Origin: Microcoleus sp.
GTDB lineage: Bacteria; Cyanobacteriota; Cyanobacteriia; Cyanobacteriales; Microcoleaceae
DNA length: 64,000 nt
Direction: 5' to 3'
Assembly (NCBI GenBank): GCA_052279835.1
Contig: CP181291.1
Coordinates: forward strand, 3,424,001-3,488,000
The notes beneath the pieces were generated by a model. It saw nothing but the letters and a program-made list of their open reading frames with translations, was not told where the DNA came from and did no database searches. How positions within the stretch are numbered: the stretch's first letter is position 1; each line of letters opens with the position of its first letter. Positions 41,001 through 49,046 of this stretch are shown here, one piece after another. The translations under genes were made by a program, and so were the position numbers.

Positions 41001-41886
41001 GATCCTGGTAATAGGGCGTTAAATCGTCCAGCATCGCCATAAATGCTTCCACCAGTCCATTGAGAGATTCCCGGTTCACCAAAAAATCGGAGAAAACCAT
41101 ATAGATGCGGGGACTGCCCCCAGACAGGAAATGCACAACTTTAATCCGATTGCGCCCCGTGGAATTTTGAATAAAAGCTGCTAATTCTGTCTTGCCTTCC
41201 AAGCTAGCAATCTGATTTAATAAATTTACAGCATCATCGAGTGATAATTCATTGAGATTGTGAGAATAAAAAAAGCCATAAAAAGGTTTGTCACGGCTTT
41301 CAATGCCATCAAACAAACTTTGGGAAGTTGCCAAAATAGTAAAAAAACTATTATTTTGAATATAAGCCCTAAACTCCTTTTGTCCGATATCGCCCAACCC
41401 ACCAAACACATCATCCAAATTTTCCACAATCAACAGCAAAACGCGCTTTCCCACAAAATCTCTCAACAATTGTGCCGCCACAGATTCCGCATCTTCCGGC
41501 GACAACTCATACAGCCCTTCGACAGCATCGTGTAACTCAGTCTGATATTCTGCCGGATATTCTTTACCAATGGCACGCAATATGGCAATCAATAAATCCA
41601 AGAAAGATGCTATTCCATACTCTTCTTCTCGCAGCCAAGCAATTAGCAATTTATCCTGCAAATCCTCCATATTCGCAACGCGGTGATAAATCAGAGATAC
41701 CAAGTGAGTTTTGCCAATGCCGCGCGGGCCGATTAGGAGTTGATAATGTCTGTTGTCTGTGGTGGCGCTATCTCGGATGTTATCTACTAAATAATTGGCG
41801 AGTTGGTGACGCTGGACGAGGATGGCTTCGAGGGTTTCGGGGGCCATCAAGCTAGGGGTAAATCGAGAGATTATTGTGTTTTTCAT
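38098..41886 (-). CDS. STAND-like P-loop ATPase + winged HTH + TPR array protein (1262 aa)
   Basis: Walker A GPRGIGKT, atypical Walker B LLIVENLDD, GGSPR (GxP), HTH VKEIAKRCFISQQTASSQLKDL, about 18 TPRs and a helical C-terminal cap. Confidence 0.88.
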   Translation of the reverse strand: MKNTIISRFTPSLMAPETLEAILVQRHQLANYLVDNIRDSATTDNRHYQLLIGPRGIGKTHLVSLIYHRVANMEDLQDKLLIAWLREEEYGIASFLDLLIAILRAIGKEYPAEYQTELHDAVEGLYELSPEDAESVAAQLLRDFVGKRVLLLIVENLDDVFGGLGDIGQKEFRAYIQNNSFFTILATSQSLFDGIESRDKPFYGFFYSHNLNELSLDDAVNLLNQIASLEGKTELAAFIQNSTGRNRIKVVHFLSGGSPRIYMVFSDFLVNRESLNGLVEAFMAMLDDLTPYYQDRMKYISNQQRKIVDFLADLRRAAPVKEIAKRCFISQQTASSQLKDLRQKGYVKTEEIGRESWYELREPLMRFCLEVKKQRNEPVRLFVDFLRVWYTKAELQQRLGLRMADVDFGDKESRFEYRRNLEPIPPDAVMEREYYTRALEEIESNEEDPRFKAYFDEIENCREQKDHVSALEYAEKLVASRGEAKDWLEKGRCLSRLKRHDEALECLDKAIEKDANYARNWNRSGLVYIRDVLQQYNEALVSLDKAIALDANYQSAWANRGYVLNNLERYDEALASYDRAIELDSNDRWTWRRRGNVLNNLKRYDEALASYDRALELDANYDWAWVLRGHVLKNLKRYDEALASYDRALELDANYDWAWANRGDVLYNLKRYDEALASFDRAIELDANDQWAWRRRGDVLDNLKRYDEALASYDRAIELYANYQFAWALRGNVLNNLKRYDEALASFDRAIELDANYQSAWVVRGDVLDNLKRYDEALASFDRAIELDANDQWAWRRRGDVLDNLKRYDEALASYDRAIELDANYQWAWRRRGDVLDNLKRYDEALASYDRAIELDANYQWAWANRGYVLNNLKRYDEALASYDRAIELDANYQWAWRRRGDVLDNLKRYDEALASYDRALELDANYDWAWANRGDVLYNLKRYDEALASFDRAIELDANYDWAWANRGDVLYNLKRYDEALASYDRAIELDANYQSAWFNRGYVLYKLKRYDEALASFDRAIELDVNDFTWACRGFILNILQRYEESLASYEEALIYCDKAIKLDANDQRAWLLRCWILINLGRYEEALIACDKAIALGDQHSSVFFNRAIAILGLNLWDEGITALDDAFQRLEADDEASPDEPELIIRNLFANTQDPMTKTRITSLIAVYEKYKYLSILGQGIVRNIPALMSEMVSDKAARTWLELWQEPTNNYEQFQIPMRLLNAAVRYKETKGDRRVLLELPIEERHLLEPLVSGKIE
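38809..40236 (-). repeat. 14 tandem near-identical 102-bp TPR-coding units
   Basis: Unit ANYQ.AW..RG.VL.NLKRYDEALAS(Y/F)DRA(I/L)ELD repeated 14 times; 14 x 102 = 1428 bp matches the coordinates. Confidence 0.97.
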
Positions 41887-41943
41887 GGGTTGATTTTGTT
41901 GGTTATTTTGTTAGTTTGCCCGGCCGCTAGTCTCTCTGCTAAC

Positions 41944-42006
41944 CCGATAGTCCGCCAGGGGTTTAAACCCCTGGCTCATAGCGAAAGTCCTCTGAAAGAG
42001 GACTGA
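41944..42006. repeat. Double-hairpin dispersed repeat (CCAGGGGTTTAAACCCCTGG ... AGTCCTCTGAAAGAGGACT)
   Basis: Two palindromes read directly. Confidence 0.7.
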
Positions 42007-42031
42007 AGAAGTCATTAGTTAACTGGTTTAA

Positions 42032-42223
42032 CTGGTTCCTAGGCTCTGCCTGGGAACCCATGTCTAGAGGCTCTGCCTCGTTTTTAACTGGTTTTTAACT
42101 GGTTTTAACTGGTTCCTAGGCTCTGCCTGGGAACCCATGTCTAGAGGCTCTGCCTCGTTTCCGAAAAGAACATTGGAGGCAGAGCCTCCGGATCTGCGTT
42201 ACCAGGCAGAGCCTGGTAACGAG
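42032..42223. mobile_element. REPIN/MITE-like element (CAGGCTCTGCCTGG..GAGGCTCTGCCTC..GAGGCAGAGCCTC..CCAGGCAGAGCCTGG) at 42109-42223, preceded by a duplicated left arm at 42032-42080
   Basis: Nested inverted repeats; second full copy at 43805-43921. Confidence 0.75.
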
Positions 42224-42492
42224 TAAACGAGTAAACGAGTAAACGAGTAAACGAGTAAACGAGTAAACGAGTAAACGAGTAAACGAGTAAACGAGTAAAC
42301 GAGTAAACGAGTAAACGAGTAAACGAGTAAACGAGTAAACGAGTAAACGAGTAAACGAGTAAACGAGTAAACGAGTAAACGAGTAAACGAGTAAACGAGT
42401 AAACGAGTAAACGAGTAAACGAGTAAACGAGTAAACGAGTAAACGAGTAAACGAGTAAACGAGTAAACGAGTAAACGAGTAAACGAGTAAAC
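42221..42492. repeat. Perfect octamer microsatellite (GAGTAAAC)x34
   Basis: 272 bp of perfect 8-mer tandem repeat. Confidence 0.97.
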
Positions 42493-42565
42493 TCTTAGTC
42501 CACGAAGGTGGACTTTGTTTATGTAGCCGCGGTTTCAACCGCCGGATTAACCACGAGATTAAATA

Positions 42566-43711
42566 TCAACATCTCAAGGATTTCCAGTATTTTTGAATCA
42601 ACGGATAGCGAAATTTAAATTTGCTATCTTGCTTATAAATATAGTAATCTTGCTCCAAAAGCCTTAACACCTTCCGCGCCATTTCCTTATCTTGAGTTTC
42701 CGACTGTTGCTTAATCCCCTGAAACAATTCATCAAAGGACAAAGCCCCTTCAGCCATCGCCAAAATATCGAGCAAATTCAGAGCATAAGGACGCTGTTTG
42801 TCATCGTAATAACTATCAAGTCGCTCCCGATAATGTTCCATCCTCCAAGGATTCAGCGGGTCATCTAAACAATCAGCAATGATTTCTTTAACTGCTGCGA
42901 TATCCCCCAAATCACCGCGCAATTTGAGTTTAACAATTAAGTGGTGGATGTAGAAAGGAATGTTACTTAATTCATCGGCGATAAAAACCGCAGTTCCTTG
43001 AATATCCGGTGTTTTAATATTTTCGCCCTCTAGCAATTTCCGAGCTAAATTCGTGGCATCTTTTGCAGATAGCGGTGGCACATCTTGGACGTACATATCA
43101 TTAATCGGATCGTTTGTATAACCCGCTTTTCTGAGCACGCCGAGGACGTGATGCAATCCGATCGAACCTGTATAAACCATTCTCACAGCCGGGTACATCT
43201 GGCGGATCGATCGCAATGTATCGAGCAATTCCATCGCGGCTGCATCCCCGATATTGTCGAGCATATACGGCACTTCATCCCAAAACAAGATGACTCTGCG
43301 GTCTTGATTTTCTACCAAATCTGCGATGGTTTCCGTCAGCAATGCTTTCCAGTGAGGCGCGGCAATTTCAGGTAACTTGAAACCGCTAAATTCTGCTCCT
43401 CCCAAGTGTTTTAGTAATCCGCGAGTTTTCTTGGCGGTGCGATTAAAACCTGTTAAGTATGCTTCCACATCCTGAAAGATTTTCTCGACAAATTCTAAGG
43501 GAGATTTCACATCTTCCAAGTCACGATAAATCGGCAATTTATCTGCGGTAGCTTCGGCTTTCATTTTTTTAATTACCGAAGTTTTGCCCATCCGGCGCTC
43601 GGCACTCAAGATGACACTTTGCTGTTCTAAAATTCCCCACAAATCAGCAATTAACTTGTCCCGCCCCATGACTTCTGCTGGGGCAATTTCTCCGCCTGGA
43701 TTTGCTTTCAT
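42566..43711 (-). CDS. Stand-alone STAND/AAA-like ATPase with C-terminal winged helix (381 aa)
   Basis: GR motif, Walker A variant AERRMGKTS, Walker B ILFWDEVP, YTGSIG sensor, IPFYI, and wHTH-like C-terminus (LSFDEL...VLRLLEQDYYI..FKFRYPLIQKYW). Confidence 0.85.
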   Translation of the reverse strand: MKANPGGEIAPAEVMGRDKLIADLWGILEQQSVILSAERRMGKTSVIKKMKAEATADKLPIYRDLEDVKSPLEFVEKIFQDVEAYLTGFNRTAKKTRGLLKHLGGAEFSGFKLPEIAAPHWKALLTETIADLVENQDRRVILFWDEVPYMLDNIGDAAAMELLDTLRSIRQMYPAVRMVYTGSIGLHHVLGVLRKAGYTNDPINDMYVQDVPPLSAKDATNLARKLLEGENIKTPDIQGTAVFIADELSNIPFYIHHLIVKLKLRGDLGDIAAVKEIIADCLDDPLNPWRMEHYRERLDSYYDDKQRPYALNLLDILAMAEGALSFDELFQGIKQQSETQDKEMARKVLRLLEQDYYIYKQDSKFKFRYPLIQKYWKSLRC

Positions 43712-43804
43712 TTTGTATGCTTAATTATATTTGTACAATCTACGTTGTTTTTATTGTACGTTAAATTTGACGTATATCGTAAATCGTCTGTAACTGCCGT
43801 TTAA

Positions 43805-43921
43805 CTGGCTCCCAGGCTCTGCCTGGGAACCGATATCTAGAGGCTCTGCCTCGTCATTTACGGAGGAAAAGATGAGGCAGAGCCTCTAGATCTGCGTCCC
43901 CAGGCAGAGCCTGGGGACGAG
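43805..43921. mobile_element. Second copy of the CAGGCTCTGCCTGG REPIN/MITE-like element
   Basis: Same nested inverted-repeat layout as 42109-42223. Confidence 0.75.
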
Positions 43922-44039
43922 AGAATTAAGAGAAAATACTGTTGATTGTGGAACAGGTATCTATGGCCGCATCTGTGAGTTCTGACAAGTGACATTGTAG
44001 AATAGAAACATCGATAAAACTAAATCGGGAGATGGTACG

Positions 44040-44801
44040 ATGTCTGTTGAATCAGTTGCCGATCAAATTTTGACAGAAGAAGATTTGTTCTTCGCAGAAA
44101 ATCAGCCACCGATAGACTTAATTTTTGATGATGGTGCAGAAATGGAAAGCAACCGCCACCGCATAGGTATGAATGTTTTAATTCGTTCTTTAGAGCAAGG
44201 TTTAGCTCACCGCAGCGATTTTTTTGCGGGCGGTAATATGTTTATTTATTTCAGCGCCGAACAGCTTCGCAATCGTGATTTTCGAGGGCCTGATTTTTTT
44301 GCGGTGATGGATGTTGACAGCACTCCTACTCGACAAGGTTGGGTTGTTTGGCAGGAAAATGGACGTTACCCGGATGTGATTGTGGAACTGCTGTCGCCGT
44401 CAACTGCTAGTGCAGACAAAGGAGTAAAAAAGGATATTTACGAGCGGATTTTTAGAACCCCTGATTATTTTATATTCGATCCTTTCGATCCACATTCTTT
44501 GCAAGGATGGCGTTTAAATCCCGGCTTGGGCTATGAACCGTTAGTGGCTAATGAGCGGGGTTGGCTGTGGTGCGAAACCTTGGGTTTTTGGTTGGGAACT
44601 TGGGAAGGAACAGTCGATCGAGAAACGGCAATTTGGGTGCGTTTTTTCGACGAATTTGGCAATTTAGTTTTGTTACCGGAGGAAGCTGCTCAACAACAGG
44701 CGGAAGCTGCTCAACAACAGGCGGAACAGGAACGTCAGCGAGCCGATCGACTAGCAGCTAGATTGCGAGAATTGGGCGAAGATCCAAATGCTCTCAACTA
44801 A
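44040..44801 (+). CDS. Uma2 family putative endonuclease with AAQQQAE coiled-coil tail
   Basis: MESNRHR, FRGPDFF, YPDVIVELLSPST and RTPDYFIFDP. Confidence 0.92.
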   Translation: MSVESVADQILTEEDLFFAENQPPIDLIFDDGAEMESNRHRIGMNVLIRSLEQGLAHRSDFFAGGNMFIYFSAEQLRNRDFRGPDFFAVMDVDSTPTRQGWVVWQENGRYPDVIVELLSPSTASADKGVKKDIYERIFRTPDYFIFDPFDPHSLQGWRLNPGLGYEPLVANERGWLWCETLGFWLGTWEGTVDRETAIWVRFFDEFGNLVLLPEEAAQQQAEAAQQQAEQERQRADRLAARLRELGEDPNALN

Positions 44802-44834
44802 TCATCTTCAATCCTGAAAGCTGTGAGTTTTATT

Positions 44835-45281
44835 TTAGCCTTGGGTGCGCGATCGCAATATCTCGCGCACAGCCATCAGTATCTGTCCCAACATATTTTT
44901 GCCACTGCCATCTTTGCCACAACCCCAATAGTAATCAATGGGTGAATTTTCCACTATTTCCTCGTCACCAGTGGCTAGTAAAATTTCCCGAATTTCCCCA
45001 TGAGTTTCAAATTTCCGCAGCACAGCTTTTTTCATAATCTCGTCTTTCACCTGTTCCCAATCGGAACGCAGGGGCAGAGTGCGATCGCGCCCCATTTTCG
45101 CTGCATCTTTTGGTGTTTTTAGTTGGCGAATGCGATCGCTATCAGGCGTACCCGGAAACTTTTGTGCTTGAAAATAATGCTCGCTAGTTGGCCAGTATTC
45201 CCCGTCTAACTCGAAGCCGTGACCAGAGAAATTAGAAAAACTGCCATACTCGTCCCTAGGGCTGTAGAAATAAATTGGCAT
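44835..45281 (-). CDS. NADAR (YbiA/DUF1768) family N-glycosidase
   Basis: FSNFS, WPTSEHYFQAQKF, RSDWEQVK, D.YWGCG.DGSGKNMLGQILM.VR. Confidence 0.93.
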   Translation of the reverse strand: MPIYFYSPRDEYGSFSNFSGHGFELDGEYWPTSEHYFQAQKFPGTPDSDRIRQLKTPKDAAKMGRDRTLPLRSDWEQVKDEIMKKAVLRKFETHGEIREILLATGDEEIVENSPIDYYWGCGKDGSGKNMLGQILMAVREILRSRTQG

Positions 45282-45317
45282 AATATTTATGAGCTTTTTA
45301 TGATTATATCAAAACGA

Positions 45318-45791
45318 ATGACTCAGAATTTTACTTCCTTACCATCAGAATGCACCATCCGCCCAGCCTCAGCTCAAGATATCAAATCAATTAGAATGTT
45401 AGTCTGGAGTGCAAAACTCGATCCAACTCAGTTGCGTTGGCAGCAATTCTGGGTAATAGAATGTGGCGGACATCTGGCTGCTTGCGGACAGTTGCGGAAC
45501 TTTGCGGGGGCGCAAGAATTGGGCAGTTTGGTGGTGATGAAGGATTGGCGCGATCGCGGTTTGGGGACTTACCTCACTCAACATTTGATTGCACAGGCTA
45601 CAGCACCTCTGTACTTAGAATGTTTGGGTTCCAGACTTGCAGCATTTTACACTCGTTTTGGCTTCGTACAAGCTGCATGGCAAGAGTTACCGCAGTCGCT
45701 TAAATTTAAATTCGGCTTGTCTCAATTAGCTAAAGTTTTTTTCAGAATTCCTGTCACTCTTATGCAGTATCAAACAAATTTTAGAGACTAG
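45318..45791 (+). CDS. GNAT family N-acetyltransferase
   Basis: ELGSLVV..DWRDRGLGT and FYTRFGF. ATG 45318 chosen as start. Confidence 0.85.
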   Translation: MTQNFTSLPSECTIRPASAQDIKSIRMLVWSAKLDPTQLRWQQFWVIECGGHLAACGQLRNFAGAQELGSLVVMKDWRDRGLGTYLTQHLIAQATAPLYLECLGSRLAAFYTRFGFVQAAWQELPQSLKFKFGLSQLAKVFFRIPVTLMQYQTNFRD

Positions 45792-46455
45792 ACATCTCCG
45801 AAAATTCTTGGGGTAGGCATCCAGCAAGCCCTTCACAGGCTGTTTAACAGATGTCTAATTTACAGATATTCCGGGTTTGGAGCTCCCGATTGTGTAAGTT
45901 GATGATTTACCTAGTCCTGTGTCACTGGGCGTAAGTGGCACAGCACTACGGCTGTTATCTAGCCGAAAAACCTTATAAAATCGTTGTTTGCTCGGTGAAA
46001 ATTGTCCTGTGCCAATACCAGGGATCGAAAGTGGACAGGCGATCGCACCAAATACCTTAGACTCCTGGCAAATTAGTAAATGTAAAGCAAGTGAGTCACA
46101 ACCCAGTCAAAAAAAGCCAACCGAAAAATAAAATATTTTCCTAGTCTCAGTAATGCGGAATCACTCAATCTCTAATGTAGCTAACAACATCCAACCTGGA
46201 GGTAAATACCACTAACTGCCACACAACTAAATCCTTAATTCCATTCCTGGTAATTAGCAGATTTAGGACTTTTACAAACAGATGGGCAACTTCCTTAACT
46301 ATTTCAAAACTTATTTGAATTCTATCCTGAAAAAAGGAGGGAAAGCAAGAACAATGAAATATCAGGAATAAATAATCTCAACCCTGGAAATGCAGCATTT
46401 CAAATTGCATACAAACAAAATTAGATCCTATATTAACACACAAGGAGTTACGGAT

Positions 46456-46743
46456 ATGTTCAACGTCGTAAAAGCTTTCGGTTCTATCTTTTCCGCTCAA
46501 AATTACAGCACTGCTAATAATATGTTAATCAACAACTACATCAATACCAATTTCCACTACTTCAACGAAGAAGCAGTAGTCGATGAATCAATTTACCCAA
46601 ATCAAACTGGTCGCGTTCGCTTCCAAGGTAGCTGGTGGCCCGCACGGTGCGATCGCCAAATCACCTTAACACCGGGAGACACGGTTTTTGTGATTGGCGT
46701 TGACAACATCACTCTTTTGGTTTCCCTCGCACCCGCAGACTAA
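46456..46743 (+). CDS. NfeD-like (OB-fold) small protein, copy 1
   Basis: [14 protein letters not shown]....L.PGD.V.VIG.DNITLLV; AAGGAG RBS before ATG 46456. Confidence 0.85.
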   Translation: MFNVVKAFGSIFSAQNYSTANNMLINNYINTNFHYFNEEAVVDESIYPNQTGRVRFQGSWWPARCDRQITLTPGDTVFVIGVDNITLLVSLAPAD

Positions 46744-46854
46744 ATTAGAGCGCGAACAACCAGAAAAAGTAATCAATGGCAATCGAGGAAATGCAGCCTC
46801 TCAAATAGCATAAATACAAAATTACATTATATAAACAACAAAGGAGTCAGGGAA

Positions 46855-47142
46855 ATGTTGAACGTAGTAAAAGCTTTCGGTTCTATTTTTTCTAATCAAA
46901 AATACATCACAGCAAATAATATGTTAATCGACAACTACATCAATACCAATTTCCACTACTTCAACGAAGAAGCAGTAGTCGATGAATCAATTTACCCCAA
47001 TCAAACTGGTCGCGTTCGTTTCCAAGGTAGCTGGTGGCCCGCACGGTGCGATCGCCAAATCACTTTAACACCAGGAGACACGGTTTTTGTCATCGGCGTT
47101 GACAACATTACCCTGTTAGTTTCCCTCGCACCCGCAGACTAA
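46855..47142 (+). CDS. NfeD-like small protein, copy 2 (tandem duplicate)
   Basis: 95 aa; the C-terminal ~69 aa are identical to copy 1; AAGGAG RBS. Confidence 0.85.
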   Translation: MLNVVKAFGSIFSNQKYITANNMLIDNYINTNFHYFNEEAVVDESIYPNQTGRVRFQGSWWPARCDRQITLTPGDTVFVIGVDNITLLVSLAPAD

Positions 47143-47171
47143 ACGAGAAAGTAATCTAAACCTTTTCACTG

Positions 47172-47222
47172 TCAGAGTCCCGATTTCTTCAAAAAATCGG
47201 GACTCTGACTATTTTGTTTTTT
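47172..47222 (+). terminator. Probable intrinsic terminator after the nfeD pair
   Basis: Hairpin GTCAGAGTCCCGATTT...AAATCGGGACTCTGAC followed by a T-rich tract. Confidence 0.6.
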
Positions 47223-47372
47223 AGAGCACTGACGCACTATGCCTAGGGCTAGGGCAACCACGGGGGGATTGCCCCGACAAGAGCCTTGAAATTTAGCTGA
47301 AATCCCCGCTTTATTTCTTAGCCCGCGTCGGCGGGCTTTGTTTGTGTAGTAGCGGTTTCAACCGCCGAATTA

Positions 47373-48518
47373 TTACAATAAAATGGCATTTTTGAGAGCT
47401 TGCTTGTTGAGGCGATCGCCCATTGGAGAGTCGCTAGTTTCTGGGCTGGCTGCGGCTGTTTCTGATGCTTTAGCGATCGGCGGTAGCGGTTCCAGCAGTT
47501 TAGCTTGAGCTTCCTGAATTGAAGGGTAATTTGCAGCCCAGGATGAAATCGCTGCTGAAAGCACATCGATCTCGTCTGATAAAGGTTCAATTAGCTGCCC
47601 TAGTTCAGTTAATTGTGCCGCCGAAAAGAGCGATCGCTGTTGGGTTAATAGTTCGATCAACGAGTCAATCTTTTGTTCGGGGACTGACATGGATTCCCGT
47701 TGAATTTTGTGAATTGTTTGCCGCACAAATTCGAGAGACAAATCTAATAATTGTGCGATCGTCTCTAAATTCATTCCAAACGCGATCATCCGACGAATGG
47801 CTTCTAACTTCGCCTGCCGTTCACCTTGTTCGAGTCCTTGTTCGAGTCCTTCTTCTAAACCTTCTTGCTTGACTTCCTGATAAAATCGAGTTTGTCTGAG
47901 TTCGCTTAAATTTAGCATGGCGGCAATTTCCTCGCGGCTTTTTTGGGGGAGTTTGTAGACGATAATTGTTTCGATGAGGTTGATTAAATCGCGCAGAACG
48001 GTGGGATCGGACAACTGCTGTCGGGCCATGGCGATCGACTGTCGTGCTTGTTCTGCTGCTGTCTCTGCTGGCTCGATTACCAGTTTAACAACTTTGACTC
48101 CCAACGAGCGATCGGCGCTTTCGGGCAATTCATCGAGATAAATCCGTTGCACCCGCTGACTGGTTAAGAGTTCCTGAAATTGCAGCATCTGTTCGTGTTC
48201 GATGCGGCGGCTGGGATAGATGACAACGACGCGCCAAGGATTGACGGGTTTGTATTGTCGCAGATAGAGAAAGAGCTCGCCAAAGATGCGGTAGTACAAG
48301 TCGGCATCGGGTTGAAACTGAACTTCTGCCAAGTAAAATGGTTTTTCCGGTTCTTCGGTGGTGGGAAGAAATAAGCCATCGATGCGGAATGCGAGTTGTT
48401 TGATTTCGCGGGAGGTGAATTCGTAGGCTGCGGCTTCGTCTGGAGGGCGATCGATCAGTTCAAAGAAGAAGCTGGGAAATTCTTGAAACAGGCTGTAGAA
48501 AATGGTGTCTGTTTTCAT
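47373..48518 (-). CDS. Rpn family / DUF2887 PD-(D/E)xK nuclease-like protein with an extra C-terminal domain
   Basis: MKTDTIFYSLFQ, EIKQLAFRIDGLFLP, EVQFQ and TRFYQEVKQEGLEEG. Confidence 0.88.
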   Translation of the reverse strand: MKTDTIFYSLFQEFPSFFFELIDRPPDEAAAYEFTSREIKQLAFRIDGLFLPTTEEPEKPFYLAEVQFQPDADLYYRIFGELFLYLRQYKPVNPWRVVVIYPSRRIEHEQMLQFQELLTSQRVQRIYLDELPESADRSLGVKVVKLVIEPAETAAEQARQSIAMARQQLSDPTVLRDLINLIETIIVYKLPQKSREEIAAMLNLSELRQTRFYQEVKQEGLEEGLEQGLEQGERQAKLEAIRRMIAFGMNLETIAQLLDLSLEFVRQTIHKIQRESMSVPEQKIDSLIELLTQQRSLFSAAQLTELGQLIEPLSDEIDVLSAAISSWAANYPSIQEAQAKLLEPLPPIAKASETAAASPETSDSPMGDRLNKQALKNAILL

Positions 48519-48671
48519 GAGTTGTCGATGGGAATCGAAGATGGGTACTATACCATGTCGAGAGAGGAACAAGCATGACACAAAAACCACTTATCGGGGA
48601 AATCGATTTTTAGGCTTGGCAACATTTTATGCTATTGTCTAACTTTGTTTTTACAAGAAATTTCGGATAAA

Positions 48672-49046
48672 ATGGTCGATAACAAAGATACTATAGAAGT
48701 GCCTTTACGACCTCTTGTTTGGATGGGAGACTCTCGCAAAAATATCCGCGAGTTTCCTGAAGAGGTACAAAAAGCGGTAGGTTATGCCCTACAACTGGTG
48801 CAAGCTGGAGAAACACCTTTGTCAGCCAAGGCTTTTAAAGGGGTGGAAAGCGGTGTGTATGAAATTGTCAAACGTTACGATACTGATACTTACAGGGCGG
48901 TTTATGCTGTAAAAATTGGTGAAACAATCTATGTGTTGCACGCTTTTCAAAAGAAATCAAAGCAAGGGATTAAAACCCCACAGGCTGATGTTGACTTAAT
49001 TAAAAAACGCTATCAAGACGCACTAGCTAGGGAGGAACAATTATGA
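48672..49046 (+). CDS. Type II toxin, RelE/ParE/HigB-like (Gp49/DUF891)
   Basis: L.W.GDS...IREFP, GVYEI, YRAVY and IYVLHAFQKKSK.GIKTP. Confidence 0.9.
   Translation: MVDNKDTIEVPLRPLVWMGDSRKNIREFPEEVQKAVGYALQLVQAGETPLSAKAFKGVESGVYEIVKRYDTDTYRAVYAVKIGETIYVLHAFQKKSKQGIKTPQADVDLIKKRYQDALAREEQL

Noticed and set aside
42116..42538. 140-aa ORF of LLVYSFTR repeats
   Set aside because: It is the translation of the (GAGTAAAC)n microsatellite and flanking MITE arms, with no RBS or family features.
37915..42545. CRISPR array
   Set aside because: The repeats are either in-frame coding units, spacer-less tandem octamers or inverted MITE arms. There is no repeat-unique spacer periodicity and no cas gene.
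46335..46371. Tiny upstream ORF MKYQE after an AGGAGGG sequence
   Set aside because: SD spacing is long (about 12 nt) and the ORF is only 5 codons, so there is no support without ribosome profiling.
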